A DNA stretch of 64,000 nucleotides, from assembly GCA_965644295.1 (NCBI GenBank), contig CBFFRP010000239.1:123432-187431 (forward strand). The letters run 5' to 3'. Position 1 is the first letter of the stretch. Every line of letters starts with the position of its first letter. This document shows positions 14,216 to 24,226 of the stretch, piece by piece. The DNA is from Paraphysomonas bandaiensis. Taxonomy: Eukaryota; Protista; Chrysophyceae. The translations under genes were made by a program, and so were the position numbers. Under the pieces are notes generated by a model. The model worked only from the letters and a program-made list of their open reading frames with translations. It did not search any database and was not told the DNA's origin.

Positions 14216-16493
14216 ATGCATACGACACTCCCTGTGATCATCCTTGTGTGGGTGTGGGCGGTGCTGTCAGCGTATGTTGAATGTGACAATGAGATGGGCA
14301 GATACCCTCTGCTTCACCTCTACTCCACTCTATTCGATGACACTCACACGACATGCACTCGTGTGCCCACTCCTTCTCAAGTACGAGCCATCCTTTCTCG
14401 CCAGTCGTCTATCCTCTCTGTCCCGTCCCCTCCTCCGTCCCCGCCACTGCACCCCGCCTCAGTGCCCCCTCTATCCCCCCCTATTGATATGACCACAACG
14501 CAGGAGCTCATCGCATCTCATACTCGCAGAGGAACTCTCGCTGTACAGGTGATGCGGCCTTGGCTTCATGTCTTTTATTTAATTGAAGCATGAATAGGTG
14601 GGCTGTGGGACGGGTAGCTCTGTGGTACACATATGGGGAGCAGTCTTGAGGAACTCCACTCCTCCTGGTATGCTTATTTGTATAGATACCTGGCTTCCTC
14701 GCCCTCTAGATATTTATAGCAGCACATCTAAGGAACTTTTTCAATATTATGTACAGCAAGCCGGTCTGGAAGATATAGTCTTCCCCCTACAACTTTCTGT
14801 TCTGGATGCAGCAGAGCTTCTCCGTGTCTTGCGCTGGCAAGTGGATATTATGTACATTAATTGCAACCCAAATTTTCCGGAATTTACCTCGAACCCTGTT
14901 GTAAATTCGGAAGAGGTTACGGCATTGTTTGCCATACTTAGACCTGGTGGGTTGTTTGTAGTGAGTGGCTACCAAATCTGTCCGCAGCTGTTAAATTCGT
15001 TGCTTCACATTCCCTCAAGTCACATCCTGAACTATGCACTTAAGCCTGTGGGATCTCTACACGCTGCTGGTACGAAAGCTACCATGTTGGATGACTCTAC
15101 AACTACATGTCGGACTCCGCGAGATTTTTATGTTCATCGTGCGTGCTCTGCGTTGCATGATACAGGTCATATTCCTGTACAAGAGATGTCATCTCTTATG
15201 TTCCTTGAAGATGCTGTTGATAGAAACGATTTAGAAACTGTGTCAAAAGAAATTAATTTTATTCGGCGCCAATTCCTTAGTACTGCAGTTGACGTGACAC
15301 CAACTTCGTTGTATGAGCTTTACCTCTGCCTCCTCTCCATCTACCAACACACCGACGATGTGCCGATCGAACGTACGTATCATCTCGGACGAAAGCTCGC
15401 CATTGAAGCTGCTTCGCATGCTCCTGAGATACTTCCTGAATCCACGTACTGGTCCTTATACCTCAATAACCTTCTCGATGTGGAGATGTACTTCTGGAGC
15501 ACTTTCTACGATTATCACAACTATGGACATGATCCACCTGTGTTCCAATGGTCTTTGTACAATAAGTGGGCAGCCGCCGGTGCGGGGTTGTTTAACTGGC
15601 TAATTCGTAGCAAAGAGTATACCGAAGAGAGTATTTGGTATAACGCGCACAGGATGGGTCATCGCTTTATGTATGGGAAGGTTTCTGTCACATCGTACAA
15701 CGGCCACGAATATCGTCATGAGCGGTAAGTGAATTGCTGTAGTGTTATAAACCTTGTTTATACTACCTCATGGTGACCGTGATTTCTGTGAATGTATTGA
15801 ATTTTTACTGTTTTACATAGGACGTACCATTTATCTCAAATGTTGATGTTGAGTAAAGTAACTGGTAGAATTCCTTCATACTACTCCGCAGTCATTGACT
15901 ATGGGGGAGGGACAGGTGATATGGCTGCGCTATTCACCCATCTCAATTTCAATGGGATCTATATAACATATGATTTACAACATATGCTTCTGATGCAACG
16001 GTATTTCTTGCGTTATTCGGGATATCCTGCTGTTTTGGTCTCGAACGAAAGTACATGGAGATATAATTCTGAGATAGTGTTAGTTCCTTCCACGTTAAAT
16101 GTGACTGATGTCGAAAAATATTCTATGATATCCGATATTGTAAACAGTAAAAGTTTTGTTCCAGAAACATCACTGTTTATGGCATCATATTCTCTAATGG
16201 AGTCACCATTACCACACAGAAAGAAGATTTTGTCTGTTGTAGAAAACTTCGGCACTATATACATCAAAGGCATAAGAAATTTTGATGGTTACGACAATGT
16301 TCCTTATCTCAAAGATTTACAGAAAAAGCTTGAAAGTCGCAATTACTCTACTTGCCTTTTCGTTGGACCAGATGACAGATGTCGAAAACTACTTGACCTT
16401 CGAACTTTTATTGCTGTGCGGAGAGATAGTCCTGGGTTTGTTGCGCTGAATTGTGACGGTAAAGACGTCCTGGAATACCTCTACTTTGATTAG
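14216..16493 (+). CDS. Secreted or membrane-anchored protein with two class I SAM methyltransferase domains (Methyltransf_24-like plus putative sugar O-methyltransferase-like)
   Basis: Hydrophobic N-terminus; AVQ|VGCGTGSS, CIDTW, LRPGG; second domain VIDYGGGTG and TYDLQHMLLMQRYFL. Introns at ~14549-14597 and ~15725-15820. Confidence 0.75.
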
Positions 16494-16690
16494 GCTCATT
16501 TTACTATATCGTTACTTTCTATTATTAGATACGTTGTGGTTTTTGTGCTATACTTTTCCCTGCAAGTACGGGGACACGAATCACAATATGAAGTTTTTCA
16601 ATATTTGAGATATGTGGTAGGCATAATTTGGTGTTTAGTATTGCACGGTTGCACGGAGATATGCTAAACAATTCTACTTTTTGGTTCCTA

Positions 16691-17380
16691 GTCTATTATT
16701 AGCAATAGGTGTGTAAGAGTCAGAAGTAAGGCAGCGAAACAATATAACTAACTAGTGCTTAACTCTGATATCTTACTATTTTTCGCTACGAACGCTGCTT
16801 GTGCGTCGCCGCAAGCACCAAGGTGCAACCACTTTCGCTCAAAGCAAACGCAGTGAGCAAGCAGAATGTTGATATGCCTGACATCTGCTGACTTCAGGAT
16901 TGTGAGTCTTTAAGTAAGTGTGATAGCTGCTCACGGACGTGTAGTCCTTCAGTGTCAATATAGGTGCGGTTAATCAGGGGATCAGGGTGACGCCCTTTAG
17001 GGTAGGGGTCCGCGACGTTTAAGGGAGGGTCAGAGTTAAGTAGATGGGAGGATAGTGTATATGAGGGAAAGTGAGATGGTGCGAGGTAGCGTCGTTGAAT
17101 CTGTAGAGTCTCGGGGTGCCGCTGACTGCAGTGAATCAGTTGGACGTAAATAGAGTTGGCGGAGTCTTCTCCGTTGGAGTTGACGTGTGTGAAAGTGTTA
17201 GAAGAGTAGTGAAAGTGGTTAGTCGCCCAGCTGTGATTCTCTGCTGTGGTATCATACCCCTAGAAGGTGGACAACCGGCGGTTGACCGATTAACCTCCTA
17301 TTACTTGTTCTGGGGGGAAGTCTATATGGAACCCTCAAGGAATCAGCGTAGCGTTGACTGCGATCTTGGAACATCTGCCA
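16691..17380 (-). mobile_element. Retroposon family A, copy 2
   Basis: Reverse complement matches 6270-7060. Tail GCTAATAATAGAC. Confidence 0.75.
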
Positions 17381-17636
17381 CTGCAAATAGTATACTCACC
17401 ATCGCATTATCCGGGATGTTCACCCCAAGAATAGCGTAAGTCACTTAGAGAGGAGTGAATAGTGGATGTATGCGCTAGACGAGCGTGCACAATGGAGGAC
17501 AGACATTGGAGTCAGCTTGAATTAGTAACAGAAATCTTTTTAAATGTATCAGTGAGACTGGCTTTTATAGCCGTGGGTGGGTCCAGAGCTAGAGCTACTG
17601 CAGATTACACTGCCTTAAAGAGCCCTAAAGACATAT

Positions 17637-17790
17637 TTGCTTAGTTCAGCGGTTTCCCACCCGGGTTCTCACTACATATTCAGCGCTGAATACCGTGTGA
17701 TAATGATGTGGCTAGTTGGGTTCAGTAGGTAGCTAGCAAATAACATATGGTACTTAATCAAGTATTAGTTAGGTACCCACCCGGCCCCCA
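17637..17790. repeat. 154-bp structured repeat, copy 1
   Basis: Differs from 18836-18989 at only 2 positions. Confidence 0.9.
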
Positions 17791-18834
17791 TACTGCTGTA
17801 TAGTACAAATCCACTTCTTGTTTATATGGTATTATATCGGGGTCCTCATACCACCAGCGTTGCAACTTGCTTTGTAGTTCTTGAAGCCATCAGTCTACTG
17901 GCCAGGGTAGCACCTGTAGCATTTCTTCATTTTGTATATGAAGTCATTGAATGCTATGCTGATCTATCCATTCAGAACCGCCTTTCAAACATTGCATCCG
18001 TCCAACTACCTCAACGGATAGGGCATGTTGCCGATCACATGCACCTTCTTCTGTCTCTTGAATTATAAGCGGCATTATTTCGCCGTCTTCTTTTCTCATT
18101 CGACGCTCTCATCCATATCCAGTCCAGCTTGCAACTGTCTACATGTTGAACTCCCACATCCATATTCAAATGTTTGATAGTGCTTTATTACAAACTTCGT
18201 TATGAAAGTCTAACATTCAGAACACAGTACACACATATGCATATATGTGAACCTCATATATGAGAAGCATATATATATGAAGATATGTCTGTAGGTATGG
18301 ATCATAAACTATCGATGGAGGTCATCCGAGGAGATCATAAATGACCTGACTATGGTCGGAGCCATACGTCAATGAGTTTGTTGTAGTTGTTGTTTGTTGT
18401 AGTGGTTGTGTGTCTGATGTGATTATACATATGTGTGTATACGTATATATGTACAGCTGTGTATTGAGAGGGAGAGTTAAGTTGTGCATATTTGTTAGTA
18501 ATTTAAACCTGCATTTTAAAGAATTTAGTCTTTAGTAAGAGTACAGTAGTCTTAAGTTAACAGTATTATACGAACATATGATATGATAGCATATATATGA
18601 GTGAAAGTGTACTATTCACTGTATAAGATAGTGTCTACCTGATACTTCATATGACTACCTATTATTTGATATTATGGTTGGTAATAGTGATGAGTTAGAT
18701 ATAATATAATTTGGTGAATGACAAGAAATGATAGGAGGTGTTTGCCCCATACAGACAGCTTACCTAGTCACTGCGTGTGGCCCTCTAGTGGGTGCGGCTG
18801 AGTGTTGCGACCGCGCACCTCTACCTATGTACGC

Positions 18835-18995
18835 ATTGCTTAATTCAGCGGTTCCCCACCCGGGTTCTCACTACATATTCAGCGCTGAATACCGTGTGAT
18901 AATGATGTGGCTAGTTGGGTTCAGTAGGTAGCTAGCAAATAACATATGGTACTTAATCAAGTATTAGTTAGGTACCCACCCGGCCCCCACCCGGA
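18835..18995. mobile_element. ~160-bp short retroposon-like insertion with a 15-bp target-site duplication
   Basis: Flanked by TCTACCTATGTACGC (18820-18834) and TCTACCTAAGTACGC (18996-19010). Second copy at 17637-17790. Confidence 0.6.
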
Positions 18996-19212
18996 TCTAC
19001 CTAAGTACGCGCTCAGAATGGAGCATGCATGTAGGCATCGAACCGTAATCACGAATAGCCATAAACAAAAATTGAAGTAACGGATCAGACTGTTATCTTT
19101 TAATATAAATAGTGTGTAGTTTATATACAATATGCCCTGCGTATGCACAAATGGGACTTACTGCGGGTAGGGTGTAATATACATATATCTAAACAGGGCA
19201 CATCAAACACAA

Positions 19213-20325
19213 TCATCGTTTGCCCGTACGCTTAAATATTCTGAATAATTTCTTCTTTTTAGCTCCATTATCCTTGGTGTATTCACTGGACGTACTGGGA
19301 ATGGACTCAACTGTTTCGTCTATACTGTTCGTATCATTATTGTCTCTGATCACAACTGCCCGATTGCCCACTTTCTTTGCCTTTTGCATGGCTTTCATCA
19401 TCGCTAGAATTCTCTCGTGTTCAGCTGTATTCAAAGTATCCACACTATAAAACTTATCCATGTTAATCGAATGTACGGAACGGTCTGAGATCGCCTCGCG
19501 AGGAGACTTGATAAAGCAGCTGCTGTGGTCATATCCCACCTTCACACTAGAGGCGGCAAACCAGCAATCCACAGTAACAGGAATTTGCAGCTGGCAGTCG
19601 AATGCGCTGCATGTCACATGAAAGGAACCACATTCAGTAAGATCCTCTCCCCATAAAGGAGAATCTTCATTGATGATATGGTTAATATTCAGGGCGTAGG
19701 CTCCTCCAAAATTCGGGCACTCTAGATTCATCGCCGTTATCTTTACATAACTCTCGCCTTCCAATGAAACAACAGACTTGTAGTAATGACAAGTCATTGC
19801 AATATCTGTCAAACAGTGCCCATAAGGACTGACTTGACGAAACTGTAGCATCAGTTGTCCATTTCGCATTTTCACGACGATGTTGCGCGAGAAGACAATA
19901 TCGGATTGCGGAGTGGTCAGTTTGTTGACAAGTATACTGAACACGCAGGCATCTGTTATAATACCAAGAATAACCATCACAAACGACACTGCTGGACACA
20001 CTCCGTTCTCCTTCACCGGAGGTCCTTGGCTGTGTAGCAGGCTCCCCAGAGCATACATGTACACCTGCCAGTAGTGTATCGCGGCCGGCACGCAGGCGGT
20101 CTGAATCAGCAGTAGTGTGATACCGCCGGCGCAACAGAGGATCCAACACAGCGCCTTGTACAGGAGACTGCAGCAGCTGTTGCGTATCATGTATTTGGTG
20201 AGTTGTGTGAGGGCAGGAAGAGGACGAGACCCAACCACACGACATCCGCTCTTTCTTATTTCATTGCGATACAGCGCCAACTCCTCATCGCCGACAGAGT
20301 CAGAGGATCGCACTGACTTCGACAT
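19213..20325 (-). CDS. Inward-rectifier (Kir)-family channel-like protein with a non-canonical pore
   Basis: M1, ACV, pore helix, CP, M2 GIITDACVFSILVNKL, then the Kir cytoplasmic domain (IVFSRNIVV, LMLQFR, SLEGE, HIINEDSPL). Intronless. Confidence 0.85.
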   Translation of the reverse strand: MSKSVRSSDSVGDEELALYRNEIRKSGCRVVGSRPLPALTQLTKYMIRNSCCSLLYKALCWILCCAGGITLLLIQTACVPAAIHYWQVYMYALGSLLHSQGPPVKENGVCPAVSFVMVILGIITDACVFSILVNKLTTPQSDIVFSRNIVVKMRNGQLMLQFRQVSPYGHCLTDIAMTCHYYKSVVSLEGESYVKITAMNLECPNFGGAYALNINHIINEDSPLWGEDLTECGSFHVTCSAFDCQLQIPVTVDCWFAASSVKVGYDHSSCFIKSPREAISDRSVHSINMDKFYSVDTLNTAEHERILAMMKAMQKAKKVGNRAVVIRDNNDTNSIDETVESIPSTSSEYTKDNGAKKKKLFRIFKRTGKR

Positions 20326-20761
20326 TAGGGTACTAGTAAACACAGGTGTGAAGGTGTGAAGGGTCAGTGCTCTCTCCTTACACTCACTACCATCCAGAGA
20401 ATGCGATCTGCATCACACTCTATTCGACACATACATACATAGAGAGATGCGTGTATCTATACTGCAATTACACACACGAGATGCCATGCATCACTGCTGC
20501 TGTATACGGCGGTATATACGGTATACGTGTAGGAATTCCTACACAATCTGTGTACCTGTGTACCTGTATAAATGTACCTGTATACGTGTTCCTGTTGTGT
20601 ACCTGTGTACCTGTATGTGTACTGCTGGATGCATAGTGGTGTATATATGTGTGTATTGTATGCAGTACACTCCATACAGATCGCTCAGGCAGTACGTGGG
20701 CAGGTATGGAATGAGTCGACTGTCGACTATATCACACAGCCACTCAGCCCACACATCACAC

Positions 20762-21898
20762 ATGTCGGGTATGCTTCTGTTGCTATTTCTACTGTGTTCT
20801 TCAGTCGTTACACATGCAAGTGGCAGGTACAAGAGAGACATCAACGATAATAAGGGCAACACGGCCTTCTTCCTGCAGGACCCGAACGATGAGATGTGTC
20901 TCGGTCCTAAAGGCTTCACTCTATGCGATGAGAGCGCTGTCTGGATACTGACGAAGAGACCAGGCGTTAAAACATACAGTTTAGTGTCGCTCTTCAACCC
21001 GAATGATAACGGACTGTGTCTGGAGGTTAAGTCCGGCTGGCTGGGCGGGAAGTCTGTCGGCATGGGTTCATGTAATCGCAAGGGAGCTAAAAAATGGGAG
21101 TTTGATTTCGTGGGAAGCAATAGTGTGAAGCTCCATAGCACAGGATATCAGCTTGCACGTGGGGTGCCTTATCGCAATTCTATCTCCATGACTCCAATGG
21201 GGAAAGCCAAGCGCTCTCCACTGGAATATCACCCCACGGCCGTGCATGAGGCTGGGTTCTACCTTAAGTCTGGAGATGGTCTGTGCTTTGATGGGGAGAA
21301 ATTCAGAGGATGTACAGATACACTTTCTGTACTCTGGGGCATGGGAGTCAAATTTGAGTGGGGCTCAGCGAAGAGGTATATATTTAGCTTCAAAGAGAGG
21401 AACGCATGCATAGAGGCCAAGGGCAATAAAGTCTACCGAGGTGGGAGTATATCCCTGTATTGTATAGCTTAGCGCTGACCATCGTGTATAGGCAGCTGTA
21501 AAGGAAAGCACACGTTAGGATGGAGTCTCAGTCACGGAAGGGTGCAGTTCGACAGCGGAAACAGTCGTAGTAATAGTCGAAGTATGTGCGTGACCCGCCG
21601 CAGCGACAACACAGCTGCCATGTCTCTCTGCTCAGAAGGCTTCGAGTATATATCTATGGAGTTGCCAGCCTCATATTCGTAAGTACACGATAATGTATAC
21701 ACAGATATGTAGGCAACAACATCCCATCGATGTGTTGGCCATCTGAAATTATTGATGTTAGTCGCTTACATATTGTGTTATCCTAGAGCAGAGGACTTGC
21801 AAAAAATGCTAAAAGATAAAGACAACCTCAGTGCGAAAGACAGGGCTGTAGTCGAGTCGATGCTTGCTCAAATCAGTGGAACAAGTGCGAAGAAGTGA
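20762..21898 (+). CDS. Secreted Cys-rich ricin-B/beta-trefoil-like repeat protein (3 exons)
   Basis: Signal peptide MSGMLLLLFLLCSSVVTHA; repeated CL...C.....W units. Introns at ~21441-21491 and ~21679-21786. Confidence 0.6.
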
Positions 21899-22619
21899 AC
21901 AGTTTCATTGGTACTAGATGGTCAACCGGTTGTTTTGTACTTTAGGTAGAGAAATCTTGTAAGTAATTATTGGATACCCTGAACATACAGGTCATTCTAT
22001 GAATGCTACTATGGATAGATGAAGTTAACGATATTACGCAATGAGTGACAAGGGCATATCTGAAATCTGTCGTCATATTAAATAATTCAGAGACGTTATG
22101 AATTCGAAAGTGTGCAATTCCCATCATTTATACATTATTCAAGGAAGTAGCCCCCATTTATTATACATTACATTGGAAGAGTTGTTGAGCGGCTACTATT
22201 CTACATTCTACACCTCATGATTACTAGCAACAGGAGTCAAAAATCAGCACCATATCCTACTATATATTATATACTATATCAGCACCAGGGTGCGACCACT
22301 TCCGTTCTTGTTTGTGAGTGAGAAGCTTGCAGATGGGTTTGGTCAGGGAAGAGTCCCTTGGGGTAGAGCTCTGCAGGACTTTGGGGAGGCACAGGATTCT
22401 GAATTAGTGAGTCGTGTGTTCCTAGCCTGGGATACATGGACGAGGGGGCGGGTTGGGGCTCTGACATGTCTAGAGATGGCGCGGGTTGCGAATTCGACCT
22501 GGGGCGAAGGAATAGCTGGCACAGGCGGCGCCGTGGCGTTTCCACTTGTGCAGGGGTTGTGGGAGAGGTATACATGTGGGGTGAGAGACTAGAGTAATTC
22601 TTCTCGTTACACCCAGCGA

Positions 22620-23040
22620 ATAACTCGCGGTTTCCGCCCTTTGTTGCTACGTTTCTGACGTGTTCTGGGGGGGGGTCTATGTGGCCCGCCCTTTGGGTGT
22701 AGCTGTGTAGCGGCCACTGCAGTCTTGAATCATTTGTTTGGCTTCAGCGTGAAGCGGTTTGTTTACAACTGCTATTTCAAGATTACATAGTCCTCGCGAG
22801 TTTAAAGAAAATTCGTATTGCGTGCCAAACTCAATCTTCATCTGGGCCTCAGAATCGCCCAACCTGCGTTGTTGAAGTGTTTCAGGCTCTGTTGGAGATC
22901 CTCTTGAGAACGGCGGCACTCCAAGTTGGGAGGGTCGGGTCTCGTTGTAGCTCCCGGAGTCTCACTTTGTGTCTCTAAAAGGCGGATTCTCGTATCTAAT
23001 ATTCTACACCTTACTGTGTAGACCACGTGTCCACGTGTAT
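22620..23040 (-). pseudogene. Frameshifted ORF1/gag-like fragment homologous to the family A coding segment
   Basis: QMIQDCSGRY...PPEH matches QMFQDRSQRY...PPEQ at 17300-17380 (-) and the corresponding DNA at 6277-6330 (+). Coiled-coil-like RILDTRIRLLE. Confidence 0.5.
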
Positions 23041-23069
23041 GTTATACAAAATGTCTGAAGCTGTGAGGT

Positions 23070-23155
23070 CCCTCAACAATGTCGGATTTCTACCTTTTAG
23101 TGGTGTTCTGGGGGATGAGTACCGGAGATATTTCTCCGGTAAACTAACGTGAGCC
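23070..23155 (+). ncRNA. Putative HDV-like self-cleaving ribozyme (partly decayed copy)
   Basis: ACC-TTTTAGT-GGT (P3/L3), perfect P4 ACCGGAGA-TATT-TCTCCGGT, J4/2 CTAAC, P2' GTGAGCC. The 5' strand of P2 is decayed. Confidence 0.5.
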
Positions 23156-23677
23156 GCAAACATCGACAGCAGATATTGTACTCATAGCCGAATGCTTGTG
23201 TGGTACAAGGGACACCAATAAGTGTCATTTGTGTAGACATCTTTGAGCCCTGACGAAAAAACAGGCATCCGGAAATGGGCCCACCTCAAGGGTACCCGAG
23301 ATAGGGCCTACCTCAAGGGCATCCGGGACAGGGCCCACCTCATGGGTAACCGGGGTATTGGGCTGCCTGCTGAAGTCAAGCATCCGGGATGTTCACCTTA
23401 AGGACTCAAAAAAACTGAAGTCAGCAGGTGTCAGGAATATATCAACATTCTGCTTGCTCACGGGGTTTGCTTTGAATGATAGAACGTAAGTGGTTGCACC
23501 TTTGTGCTTGCGGCGACACACAAGCAGCTTCTGTAGCGTTAAGTAGTAGGATAATAGAGTTTGTACTCTAGTTAGTTACAGGTAGACGTCTATATATAGC
23601 TTGACTAGTTTATCTTTAGCTACTAAGCTTATGCTGATTCTTAACGCATATTGCTAATGATGATAGAACTTTTAATA
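23070..23677 (+). mobile_element. Retroposon family B, full-length copy with 14-bp TSD
   Basis: TGAAGCTGTGAGGT at 23056-23069 and 23678-23691. Begins CCCTCAAC; carries a VNTR and the shared 3' module. Confidence 0.9.
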
Positions 23678-24226
23678 TGAAGCTGTGAGGTAGTATTGAT
23701 GTATTGATGTGTGTCCTTACCGTAGACTTGCAACAAATGTAATGTATTAAGTTTGTATCAAAAAATATTTATGTCGTGGGCTGCGGGAAATAGACTCCAT
23801 GCACAAACATACAGTAACTATAATTGAAGGGTTCTACTTATCGCTATAAACTACTAATAAATCTCAGCTATATTATGACATTTTCTACATAAATAGCACG
23901 ATTAGTACGTTTGAGATCTGCCTGAAAGCATAAATCAAAGGTATATCACTCTACGATTATTTTCAGGTTACTCTTTTACTGTCACATAACTTCATATATA
24001 AGTTTTTCGCAACTACATTTTAGCACGTTTTGCTGTCATCATATATGTTCATAATATATATGCTACTGCTATATAAATATATGCGCACCACTGTTATAAC
24101 TTGACAGTGATTAAAATATATTTCCTTCATATTAAAACACGCACACAAACCTAGAAAAAGCCATATGTGAGGCCGTTATCATGTCACGGCACTATCCGTA
24201 TCCGTCGTCGATTGACCAATAACACA

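Noticed and set aside
18835-18855. Similarity of ACCGCTGAATTAAGCA (minus strand) to the 5' end of LSU rRNA
   Set aside because: Only ~16 nt and gapped, with no further rRNA similarity.
17638-18989. LTR/TRIM retrotransposon with TG...CA direct repeats
   Set aside because: No PBS, PPT or outer TSD; the second copy has its own flanking duplication.
23249-23290. Hammerhead-like CTGACGA...GAAA in family B
   Set aside because: There is no stem II or NUH site, and CTGA and GAAA are not conserved in other copies.
23262-23395. CRISPR-like array
   Set aside because: Units are adjacent with no unique spacers; eukaryotic context and no cas genes.
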